From positions 57,797-121,796 of the forward strand of contig JBEKZC010000002.1 in assembly GCA_049510295.1 (NCBI GenBank): a stretch of 64,000 bases of DNA, given 5' to 3'. Numbering within the stretch: the stretch's first letter is position 1; each line of letters starts with the position of its first letter. Under the pieces are notes generated by a model. That model ran no database searches. It saw only the letters and a list, made by a program, of their open reading frames with translations, and was not told the origin of the DNA. Position numbers and translations under genes: made by a program. This document shows, in pieces, positions 39,448-48,016 of this stretch. Source of the DNA: Verrucomicrobiota bacterium. Its GTDB lineage: Bacteria > Verrucomicrobiota > Verrucomicrobiia > Limisphaerales > UBA11358.

Positions 39448-40431
39448 ATGGAAACAAAAAACAAATCGCTGGCCACCATCAAAGAGGAAATTGGCCGGAA
39501 GCAAAAAGTTCTTGATCAAATTCACGCCGCGCGCCAGGCCGTGCGCGGTTATACCACTGTGCCCGCAGCCGAACGCGGCGCATCGGCCGCACCGTTGCGA
39601 GCCATGCTGGCGGCCGCTCCGGCCAAACGAACCTTCAATCTTCTCGCGCAAGGCGATTCATGGTTCGACTACCCGCCCGGCACGGATTTGATTGATTGCC
39701 TGCACTCCAATCACGGGCACACCATCACCAACATCGCCGTGGCCGGTTCGACGCTGAACGACGAGGCCTACGGCCTGGTGCCGCGCGAGATGTTCGGGCT
39801 GCCATTTGGCCCGCTCCAGTCGGACGATCCTTCACGCATCGCCGAACTCGTTAATCGCATCCAGCAGGACAAGCCGCAGGCATTGCTGCTGTCCGCCGGC
39901 GGCAACGACATTGCAGGCGATGAATTTTTCTCCTTCATCAACAATGCGAAGTCCGGCCTGTCGGCCATCAATCAGGAGGTTCTCGATGGTGTCGTCAACG
40001 GCACGTTCAAGACCGCCTACCAATACCTTATTGACACGGCGTTGCAGGCGGCGGCGACCGCCACTATCACCATGCCCATCTTTACGCACGGTTACGATTA
40101 CCCCTTTCCGGACGGACGCGGTGTGATTTCATTTTTGGGCTGGAAAGTCGGGCCGTGGTTTGACCCGACGTTTAACCAGAAGAATTATCCCAACAACAGC
40201 GCCGCCGATTGACAGGTGCGCCACGACATTACTGCAAAATTCATAGATTCCTTGAATGCCATGCTCAATGGACTCGCATCACAGCCTGCGTATGCCGGGA
40301 AGCTTTTCCATGCGAACCTCACCGGCACGTTGCAGTCCGACGCCGATTGGGCCAACGAACTGCATCCGGGCAACTCCGGCTTCAGCAAGCTGGCGGACAA
40401 AATTGATGCCGCGTTGCAGGCAAACATTTAG
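39448..40431 (+). pseudogene. SGNH/GDSL hydrolase split by a single in-frame TGA
   Basis: GDSWF, SAGGND, HGYDY before the stop at 40210-40212; WANELHP (catalytic His block) continues in the same frame. Confidence 0.85.
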
Positions 40432-40492
40432 TTTCCCACCCAAACCAAACCAATAAACACACAACCAAACCAAAAAACCAAAAGGATCAAAT

Positions 40493-41503
40493 ATGAGCAC
40501 TTCAGGCGTTACTTTGTTCGCTATTAAACTCACTGATCTTCGCAGCGCCAAAAGGGAGTGGTCGGAGCGACTCTTGCACGCTCCGCGGGCCGAGGCCTTC
40601 CGGTCGTTTGCGGCGGCTTCGAGTGTCGCGCCGGATCAAAACGTCGTCGGCGTCGGAATCGGCGAGCAGATTGTGGATGACAAACCGACCGGCATCATGG
40701 CGGTGAAGTTCTTTGTGCGTGTCAAATACCCGGAGCATGAACTCTCGAAGAAGACTTTGCTGCCAAAGAGCATTGATGGCCTGCCCGTTGATGTCGAGGA
40801 GACCGGCTTGTTCCGACGGTTCACTCCCGCCATGCCCAATCCAAAAACGAAGATTCGGCCCGCACAGCCTGGGTGCTCTGTGGGGTATCAGGATCCAAGC
40901 AACCAAATCGTCATGGCCGGGACTTTCGGCGCGGTGGTGAAAGACAACGCAGGGCAGTACATCTTGAGCAACAACCATGTGCTCGCCGACGAGAGTCGTT
41001 TGCCGGCCGGCGCGCCGATTTTCCAGCCCGGATTGCTCGATGGCGGCAATGCGAACACCGACCAGATCGCCGCGCTGACAAGATTCATCGCGCTTCAGGC
41101 TGCGGGGAACAAAGTAGATTGCGCCATTGCCAAGGTAACGGCCAACAATCTTGTCTCCAAAGACGTGCTTCACATCGGCGCATCCACCGGAACGGACGAT
41201 GCGGCCATTGATATGGCGGTTCATAAATTCGGACGGACCACCAGTTACACTGTGGGCCAGGTGAAGAGCATTGATACCGACGTGACGGTTGGTTACGAGA
41301 CCGGCAACTTCACTTTCCAGGAACAGATCATCATCGTGGGAAGCGCCGGACTCCCGTTCAGTGCGGCCGGCGACTCCGGGTCGCTGATCCTGCAACGCGG
41401 CACGAACAAGGCCGTCGGTTTATTGTTCGCCGGTTCCAACACCCATACGATTGCCAATCACATAGGCGATGTTCTCCAGGCTTTGAAGGTGACACTGGCA
41501 TGA
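40493..41503 (+). CDS. Trypsin-fold serine protease, Nal1-like, no signal peptide
   Basis: Triad motifs SNNHV, DCAIA, GDSGS; KFGRTT; N-terminal NVVGVGIG...LPKSIDGLPVDV domain. Confidence 0.85.
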   Translation: MSTSGVTLFAIKLTDLRSAKREWSERLLHAPRAEAFRSFAAASSVAPDQNVVGVGIGEQIVDDKPTGIMAVKFFVRVKYPEHELSKKTLLPKSIDGLPVDVEETGLFRRFTPAMPNPKTKIRPAQPGCSVGYQDPSNQIVMAGTFGAVVKDNAGQYILSNNHVLADESRLPAGAPIFQPGLLDGGNANTDQIAALTRFIALQAAGNKVDCAIAKVTANNLVSKDVLHIGASTGTDDAAIDMAVHKFGRTTSYTVGQVKSIDTDVTVGYETGNFTFQEQIIIVGSAGLPFSAAGDSGSLILQRGTNKAVGLLFAGSNTHTIANHIGDVLQALKVTLA

Positions 41504-41525
41504 TCCTGGGGCATATTGTTCAGCC

Positions 41526-41750
41526 ATGACTTCCGAACAGCAAGCCCGGGAAATAAAACGCAAACACTCTGGGCAGTTGCTCCAGCAGCCCGGAGTGTGC
41601 GGCGTTGGCGTCGAGAAGGATGAAGCCGGTAATTTTGTGCTGGCCATCCATCTCGATGCCAATCAGCCCGACGCCGGCGCGGCGATTCCTGATTCCATTG
41701 AGGGATGTCAGGTTAAGCGGCTCTTCAGTGGTCCCTTCACCAAGCAATAA
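41526..41750 (+). CDS. Stand-alone homologue of the protease N-terminal domain
   Basis: KRKHSGQLL/GVCGVGV/IPDSIEGCQV/SGPF align with protease KREWSERLL/NVVGVGI/LPKSIDGLPV/TGLF. Confidence 0.72.
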   Translation: MTSEQQAREIKRKHSGQLLQQPGVCGVGVEKDEAGNFVLAIHLDANQPDAGAAIPDSIEGCQVKRLFSGPFTKQ

Positions 41751-41799
41751 ACTGCGTTTCATAAAGGCAAAGGATTATTCAAAAATCCAATGGTCGAGA

Positions 41800-41911
41800 G
41801 GCCGCTTTTTAGCAAAAAAAAATGACACTGAAATATGCGTATTCAGCGAACGGTCGGAAAATCCGGGCTTCAAAGTGCCATGTTGTTTCGGCTGTTTCTT
41901 TTGATTCAGGG
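41800..41911 (+). repeat. Terminator-plus-promoter repeat, copy B (left arm and spacer eroded)
   Basis: GGCCGCTTTTT...GCGTATTCAGCGAAC...GGGCTTCAAAGTGCCA...TTGTTTCGG shared with copies A and C. Confidence 0.7.
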
Positions 41912-42008
41912 GTTGTCCACTGCTGTAAAGCCATTCCAAGTGGCTTGAAATCTTGGACGTTAAAAACCTTCACGATAGAAGGCTTAAACTGATTGAAAAA
42001 ATAACCGT

Positions 42009-42620
42009 ATGAAAAACAAAATTAAACTTACTGCCATTCCGATACTCACCGCCACGGCGCTTTCTCTGGTGGGATGCGCGAGCTATACAATCCAGCCCAT
42101 CGCATCAAAAGAACTCAACAAATGGAACGAGGGAAAACTCGACACGGGTTATGTCTTTTATCAACCCGAACTGTATTTTCTTGTGACGTCCACACCTCCC
42201 AAGGCTGCCAAAGACACTGCAATCACAAATGCACCTTCGGTTGATGAAGCCAAAAAAAGTCCCGCCGCTTCCCCAAATGAAGGACCGAGCACCACTTTTA
42301 GTGTGACCCCCATTTATCTGCCGAACCCGGACAAACCGTATCGGGTTACGACCTTTAACTTCCTCGCCAAAAGTGATTTCACCTTCAACTTCAAAGACGG
42401 CTGGCAACTCACTTCTATAGCCGATAAGGCCGATAACAGCGGCATAGCCACCGCGCTGGTCGGGCAAATGAAAACCATATTGGATGCTGTTACGGCCCAG
42501 AACTTAACGTCTGGCTCCGCAAAACCGCTTCCCAAAACATTTCTTTTGCATCCTGAATTTGATGACGCTGGCGTTATCACAAGCTTTACTCCGATTTTCC
42601 TGCCTGATTTAGGCAAATAA
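42009..42620 (+). CDS. Hypothetical lipoprotein
   Basis: Lipobox LVGC; lower GC; lies between repeat copies B and C. Confidence 0.75.
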   Translation: MKNKIKLTAIPILTATALSLVGCASYTIQPIASKELNKWNEGKLDTGYVFYQPELYFLVTSTPPKAAKDTAITNAPSVDEAKKSPAASPNEGPSTTFSVTPIYLPNPDKPYRVTTFNFLAKSDFTFNFKDGWQLTSIADKADNSGIATALVGQMKTILDAVTAQNLTSGSAKPLPKTFLLHPEFDDAGVITSFTPIFLPDLGK

Positions 42621-42636
42621 ATCCGCAAACAAATAA

Positions 42637-42729
42637 CGGCCTCCGGCAACGGGGGCCGCTTTTTGTCAAAAATTCTCGACACGGTTTTGAAATGGGCGTA
42701 TTCAGCGAACAGTTGGAAAATCCGGGCTT
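42637..42729 (+). repeat. Terminator-plus-promoter repeat, copy C
   Basis: CGGCCTCCGGCAACGGGGGCCGCTTTTT identical to copy A; TCGACA-N17-TATTCA. Confidence 0.75.
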
Positions 42730-42927
42730 TATGTCACGCAAAGAAATTCCTGATGTTGATGAGGCAGGCGACGTGAGGATGCTCTGACTGGTTTGTGTCT
42801 GATGTTTCGGTTCTGGGACCCGGAAAAATTTGAGCCTTGGCCAAATTGCTGAAGTAACGCCAAATCAAAGTCGCTTCATCGCGTCCTGCAAACCCGCAGC
42901 ACAAGCTTCAAACCCGCACGCGTTTCG

Positions 42928-43608
42928 TTACGCGCCGGTCGGGGGCGCGAGCTGGCTTTTCATGCCGGTGTGCCGGATGTCCTGCGCTTCGCAGAGATAA
43001 ACGACGTCCTCCGCCACGTTCGTTGCGTGGTCGGCGATGCGTTCGATGCTTTTGGAAACCACCATCAGGTGGAGGCAGCGCCCGATCGTGTCCGGGTTTT
43101 CGACCATGTGCTGCACGAGGGCGTTGTGGATTTGTTTGTTGAGCGCGTCCACCTCCTTGTCGCGCGGAATCAAGGCGCGGGCGGCGGCGGGATCATTGTT
43201 CACAAACGCGTCGAGCGCGCCCTTGAGCATGTTGAGCGCGAGGCCGGTCATGCGCGGCAGGTCGAGGACGATTTTCACCGGGGCTTCCTGTGACAGGTCG
43301 CGGGCGCGCTTGGCGATTTTGGTGGCTTCGTCGCCAATACGTTCGAGGTTCTGGGAAATTTTCATCGCCGTGGTGACCAGACGCAAATTGCTGGCGAGCG
43401 GCGCCTTGGTGAGCAACTGGATGACCAGTTCGTCAATCTCCACTTCGAACTGGTCAATGACACGGTCGTCCTCCTTCACGCGCAGGGCGAGGTCGCGGTC
43501 GCGTTGGGTGAGCGCCTGGAGCGCCTGGTTCACCGCCGTCTCGGCGTGGCTCGCCATCGTCAGCAGTTTTTGCTTCAGAACGTCCAGCTCCATGTCGAAA
43601 TGTTCCAT
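42928..43608 (-). CDS. phoU: Phosphate signalling protein
   Basis: LERIGDEA and IERIADHATNVAEDV; start reset to MEHFDMEL because the longer ORF runs through a hexamer repeat. Confidence 0.95.
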   Translation of the reverse strand: MEHFDMELDVLKQKLLTMASHAETAVNQALQALTQRDRDLALRVKEDDRVIDQFEVEIDELVIQLLTKAPLASNLRLVTTAMKISQNLERIGDEATKIAKRARDLSQEAPVKIVLDLPRMTGLALNMLKGALDAFVNNDPAAARALIPRDKEVDALNKQIHNALVQHMVENPDTIGRCLHLMVVSKSIERIADHATNVAEDVVYLCEAQDIRHTGMKSQLAPPTGA

Positions 43609-43623
43609 AATCTTTCTCTTTCT

Positions 43624-43732
43624 CTTAATCTTAATCTTAATCTTAATCTTTCTCTTAATCCTCATCCCACTTCATTGCCGGCGGCTGCAAATGGCAGATT
43701 AAGATTAGGATTAAGATCAAGATTAAGGATAT
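43624..43732. repeat. Inverted hexamer tandem repeats (CTTAAT)n / (GATTAA/G)n
   Basis: Directly visible between pstB and phoU. Confidence 0.8.
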
Positions 43733-44547
43733 TATCCGAACCGGCCGGTCACATAATCTTCCGTTTGTTTCTTCGCCGGGCTGGTGAAAATCTTCCTGGT
43801 CACATCGAATTCCACCAGGTCGCCCAGATAAAAGAACGCGGTGAAATCCGACATGCGCGCAGCCTGCTGCATGTTGTGCGTGACGATGACAATCGTGTAA
43901 TCTTTTTTCAACTCCAGAATCAAGTCCTCGATTTTCGAGGTGGCCAGGGGGTCGAGCGCCGAGGCCGGTTCGTCCATGAGCAGCACTTCCGGCTGCACGG
44001 CGAGCGCGCGCGCAATGCACAGGCGCTGCTGCTGGCCCCCCGAAAGGCTGATGGCCGGGGCGTTCAGGCGGTCTTTGACCTCGTCCCAAAGCGCGGCCAT
44101 GCGCAGCGATTGCTCCGTGCGTTCAACCAGCAGCTTGCGGTCGCGCAGGCCGTTTAAACGCAGGCCGACCGTGACGTTGTCGCTGATGGACATCGTCGGG
44201 AACGGATTCGATTTTTGGAACACCATGCCGACGCGGCGACGGACGATGACCGGCTCAATGCCGGCCGCGTAAATGTCGTCGCCGAACAGGCGGATTTCGC
44301 CGGTCATCCGCGCTTCGGGCACGAGTTCGTGCATCCGGTTGAGCGCGCGCAAAAACGTGGATTTGCCGCAGCCGCTGGGACCGATGATGGCGGTGACGGC
44401 CCGGGCGGCGATGTCGAGCGAGACGCTCTTGAGCACGTGATTATCGCCGAAGAAGACCGAGAGATTGCGCACGGTCAACGCGGTAGCGTTCACGGCGATT
44501 GGTGGCGTTGGTGCGGTCACAACCATATTGTTTGCGATGGCGGCCAT
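43732..44547 (-). CDS. pstB: Phosphate ABC transporter ATPase
   Basis: [41 protein letters not shown]. Confidence 0.97.
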   Translation of the reverse strand: MAAIANNMVVTAPTPPIAVNATALTVRNLSVFFGDNHVLKSVSLDIAARAVTAIIGPSGCGKSTFLRALNRMHELVPEARMTGEIRLFGDDIYAAGIEPVIVRRRVGMVFQKSNPFPTMSISDNVTVGLRLNGLRDRKLLVERTEQSLRMAALWDEVKDRLNAPAISLSGGQQQRLCIARALAVQPEVLLMDEPASALDPLATSKIEDLILELKKDYTIVIVTHNMQQAARMSDFTAFFYLGDLVEFDVTRKIFTSPAKKQTEDYVTGRFG

Positions 44548-44553
44548 GGGAAA

Positions 44554-45408
44554 TCAAGCCTTGCGTTGGAACCGGTCGCGCGTGAGCACGCGCACCCCGG
44601 CGTTGACGAACAAAACCAGCAGAAGCAGTACCAATGCGCCCGCCCACGCCTGCCGGTGCTGGTCGTCGTAAGGCCCAATCGCATAAATAAAAATTTGCAG
44701 CGGCAGGGCGGAGATGGGGTCGGTCAGACTGTGCGCCCAATACTGGTTGCCCAAGGCGGTGAACAGCAGCGGAGCGGTCTCGCCCGCCACGCGCGCCAGC
44801 GCGAGCAGGACGCCGGTGACGATGCCTTTGAGCGCGGTGCGCATGACGATTTGAACAATGGTGCGCCATTTGGCGATGCCCAGCGCGAACGCGGCTTCGC
44901 GGTAACCGTTGGGCACGAGCTGCAACACCTCCTCGGTCGTCCGCATCACGAGCGGAATCATCATCATGCCGAGCACAACGCCGCCGGCCAGCGCGGAAAA
45001 GCCGGGTAGATGCGGCACGACAAGCAATCCACAAACGACGATGCCCCAAGTGATGGACGGCACGCCATTGAGAACGTCCGCCGCGAAACGGACCCACCAG
45101 TTGAGGCGTGACGAACCGTATTCGGAAAGAAACACGCCGCCGAGCACACCAATGGGCACGCCGAGCAGGGCGGCCTGGCCCAGCAAAATGAACGTGCCGA
45201 CGATGGCATTGGCCATGCCCCCGCCGGTTACGCCGGCGGGTTTCGGCAATTGGGTGAAGAAAGCCCAGTTCATCGAACTGAAGCCCTCCTTTACCAAGTG
45301 ATAAAAGACCAACACCAGCGGCGCGACGACCAGGATCGCACACGTGAACGTGACCGCCTGCATCAAGGCATTCTTGAACTTGCGCCAGTTGTGGTTGGGG
45401 GCGGTCAT
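44554..45408 (-). CDS. pstA: Phosphate ABC transporter permease
   Basis: GVPSI, REAAFALG, ARVAGETAPLL. Confidence 0.95.
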   Translation of the reverse strand: MTAPNHNWRKFKNALMQAVTFTCAILVVAPLVLVFYHLVKEGFSSMNWAFFTQLPKPAGVTGGGMANAIVGTFILLGQAALLGVPIGVLGGVFLSEYGSSRLNWWVRFAADVLNGVPSITWGIVVCGLLVVPHLPGFSALAGGVVLGMMMIPLVMRTTEEVLQLVPNGYREAAFALGIAKWRTIVQIVMRTALKGIVTGVLLALARVAGETAPLLFTALGNQYWAHSLTDPISALPLQIFIYAIGPYDDQHRQAWAGALVLLLLVLFVNAGVRVLTRDRFQRKA

Positions 45409-45415
45409 GCTTATG

Positions 45416-45527
45416 AAAGGCTGAAGGCTGAAGGCTGAAGGCTGAAATTCCTCCTCGTCCTCGTTCTCGTCCTCGTAATCGAAACAATCAAATCAAGGAC
45501 GAGGACGATGGACGAGAACGAGGACGA
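45416..45527. repeat. Short tandem repeats (CTGAAGG)n and inverted (CTCGTC)n/(GACGAG)n
   Basis: Directly visible between pstC and pstA; the CTCGTC/GACGAG type recurs at about 49548-49618. Confidence 0.75.
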
Positions 45528-45608
45528 TAAAGCAAACCGGCTGAAGCCGGGACTCCGAGCGCCGGCTAATCCATGTCCATCCGTGTTCATCCGTGGTTTC
45601 ATTTAAGT

Positions 45609-46553
45609 TCATTGTTGTGGTTTCACACCCGGGCCGGCGAAGGTTTTCAACAGCAGTTGCGCGAAGATGTTGACCAGCACGGTCACGCCGAGCAGCACCA
45701 GGCCGAGTTCAAACAATGCGCTGGGATACAGGCTGCCGGTGGCTTCGTTGAATTCGTTGGCGATCTTGCTGGACAGCGTGTCGGCGGGCGCGAAGAGCGA
45801 CAGGGACATTCGTGGCGAATTTCCAATGACCATGGTCACCGCCATGGTCTCACCCAACGCGCGGCCCAACCCCAAAATGACTGCGCCGAACAAACCTTTT
45901 TTGGCATAGCTCAACACGGCAATGCGCGTGACTTCCCAGCGCGTCGCGCCCAGCGCATAGGCGGCCTCGCGTTGCAGGCCGGGCACGGAGCGCAAAATTT
46001 CACGCGAAACCGACGTGATGATGGGAATGCTCATAATGGCAAGGATGATGCCGGCCGATAACATGCAGACGCCGTAAATCGGCCCTTGAAACAGCGGCAG
46101 AAAACCAAATGCGCTTTGCAGCCACGGAAACAGGTGGCTCCGCAGCCACGGTACCATTACAAAAATTCCCCAAAGGCCGAGAATGACACTCGGCACGGCG
46201 GCGAGGAGTTCGATGAACATGATCAATGGCTGGCGCAGCCAGAGCGGGGCGAGTTCGGTGAGATAAACGGCGGTGGCGATGCTGATGGGCACGGCGATGA
46301 GCAGGGCGATGGCTGACGAGACGAGCGTGCCGAAGATGAACGGCAACGCGCCGTATTGTTCGTTGACCGGGTCCCAGTCACTACTGACGAGGAAATGCCA
46401 GCCGAACCGGCGCAAGGCGATGCCGGAGCCTTGCGTCAACTCGTAGCCGATGAGCGCAATCAACGCGAAGACCGTGAGCGCCATGAGCAGTGTAAGCCAT
46501 TTGAAGGCGCGGTCGCCGAAGTGCGGCCCGGCTTTGGCGGTTGTCGTTTCCAT
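45609..46553 (-). CDS. pstC: Phosphate ABC transporter permease
   Basis: ELLAAVPSVILGLWG, REAAYALGATRWE, GRALGETMAV; start set at METTT. Confidence 0.95.
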   Translation of the reverse strand: METTTAKAGPHFGDRAFKWLTLLMALTVFALIALIGYELTQGSGIALRRFGWHFLVSSDWDPVNEQYGALPFIFGTLVSSAIALLIAVPISIATAVYLTELAPLWLRQPLIMFIELLAAVPSVILGLWGIFVMVPWLRSHLFPWLQSAFGFLPLFQGPIYGVCMLSAGIILAIMSIPIITSVSREILRSVPGLQREAAYALGATRWEVTRIAVLSYAKKGLFGAVILGLGRALGETMAVTMVIGNSPRMSLSLFAPADTLSSKIANEFNEATGSLYPSALFELGLVLLGVTVLVNIFAQLLLKTFAGPGVKPQQ

Positions 46554-46594
46554 TTTTAACACAAAGGCACAGCGTGGCGAAGCCACCAAATCTT

Positions 46595-46695
46595 TTTGGA
46601 CTGCGGCGGGAAGCGAAGCGCCACGCCGCTTTGGAAGCTCTGTCCGCAGTCGAAAAGCGGGGTCGCCGCTGTGCTCTGCCACCGCAGTCCAAAAT
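46595..46695. repeat. REP-like doublet
   Basis: TTTTGGACTGCGG...CCGCAGTCCAAAA, same family as 229-333. Confidence 0.75.
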
Positions 46696-46955
46696 CCTCG
46701 CGGTGTGCGAGGGTTCTGACGGATAGCAGTGCAAAGGCGCAAAGGCGCGGAACTTGAAGCGAAACAACATCCAACATCCAACATCCAACATCCAACATCG
46801 AATACTGCAGAGCGCGGATTCCAAACATTGGATGTTCAATGTTCGATGTTGGATGTTCGATGTTCATAACTTTTAATGCAAAGGGACGAAGAGCGGGAGG
46901 AACTACGCCCTTCGTCCGGCTCGCGCCCATAAAATGATAGGGCGGCGGAGCGAAG

Positions 46956-47969
46956 TCAGTATTTTATTGTTTTGATCCGCTCCAGAACGCGCTGTTGGAC
47001 GTTTTCCGGCAACGACGCGTAATCCAGTGATGAGGCCATGCCTTCGCCTTTGGTCAAGGCCCAATTCAAAAACTCGACCAATTTTTTGCCCTTGGCGGCG
47101 TCCTTTTGTTTTTCATAAACCAACAACCAGGTCGCGCCGGAAATCGGATACGCCTGGTCACCCGGCGCGTTGACCATCGAGAAGCGGAAGTCGTCGGGAA
47201 TCTTCGCCGTTGCGAGCGCCGCGGTGACCGATTCAATCGTAGGCGCGATGAAGTTGCCCGCCACATTCTTTACGTCCGCGTAAGGCATTTTATTTTGCTT
47301 GGCGTAGATCAGTTCAACATAGCCGACCGCTCCCGACAATTGTTTGACCTGGCCGGCGACGCCTTCATTGCCCTTGCCGCCAATCCCCACGGGCCATTTG
47401 ACGGAAGTGCCTTTGCCAACCGAATCCGCCCATACGGGGCTGATGCTGCTCAGGTAATCAACGAAAATATAGGTTGTGCCGCTGCCGTCGGAACGATGCA
47501 CCACAATCACCGGCAGGTCGGGCAGATCCACGCCTGGATTGAGCGCGGCGATTTTCGGGTCGTTCCATTTGGTGATGTTGCCCATGTAAATGTTGACGAT
47601 GGCGTCACCGTCCAATTTGAGCTTCGGGTTGCCCGGCAGGTTGTAAGTGATGACATCCGCGCCGGCGACGGTGGGAATGTGCAGGATTTTTCCTGGCGCC
47701 TTGGCCAGATTTTCATCACTCATCGGTCCGTCGGACGCGCCGAAGTCCACGGTCCGGGCGGTGATTTGCTTTTGACCGCCGCCGGAACCGATGGACTGGT
47801 AATTGAAGCGGACCGACGGGTCCACCTTCGCGTATTCATCGAACCACTTCGAGTAGATGGGATAGGGAAAGGTTGCGCCCGCGCCGTTGATGAGCAATTG
47901 CGCGTGCGCGCCGGTTTGCGCGGCGAGCAGACAGCCGCCGCCGAGAAGAAAGAGGATGAGTTTTTTCAT
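46956..47969 (-). CDS. pstS: Phosphate ABC transporter substrate-binding protein
   Basis: GAGATFPYPIY, GSGGG, DFGASD, HRSDGSGTT, GKGNEGV. Confidence 0.97.
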   Translation of the reverse strand: MKKLILFLLGGGCLLAAQTGAHAQLLINGAGATFPYPIYSKWFDEYAKVDPSVRFNYQSIGSGGGQKQITARTVDFGASDGPMSDENLAKAPGKILHIPTVAGADVITYNLPGNPKLKLDGDAIVNIYMGNITKWNDPKIAALNPGVDLPDLPVIVVHRSDGSGTTYIFVDYLSSISPVWADSVGKGTSVKWPVGIGGKGNEGVAGQVKQLSGAVGYVELIYAKQNKMPYADVKNVAGNFIAPTIESVTAALATAKIPDDFRFSMVNAPGDQAYPISGATWLLVYEKQKDAAKGKKLVEFLNWALTKGEGMASSLDYASLPENVQQRVLERIKTIKY

Positions 47970-48016
47970 ATTGGGAATTTAATCAGTTTGCGTTAATCAA
48001 TCACGTTACATTCCGG

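Noticed and set aside
40210-40260. Selenocysteine recoding of the TGA
   Set aside because: Non-catalytic position and no convincing SECIS-like hairpin downstream
43609-43665. N-terminal KIKIKI extension of PhoU (likewise the extensions of PstC, ArsC and PhoB in the ORF track)
   Set aside because: Translation of intergenic repeats or promoter DNA; better starts lie downstream
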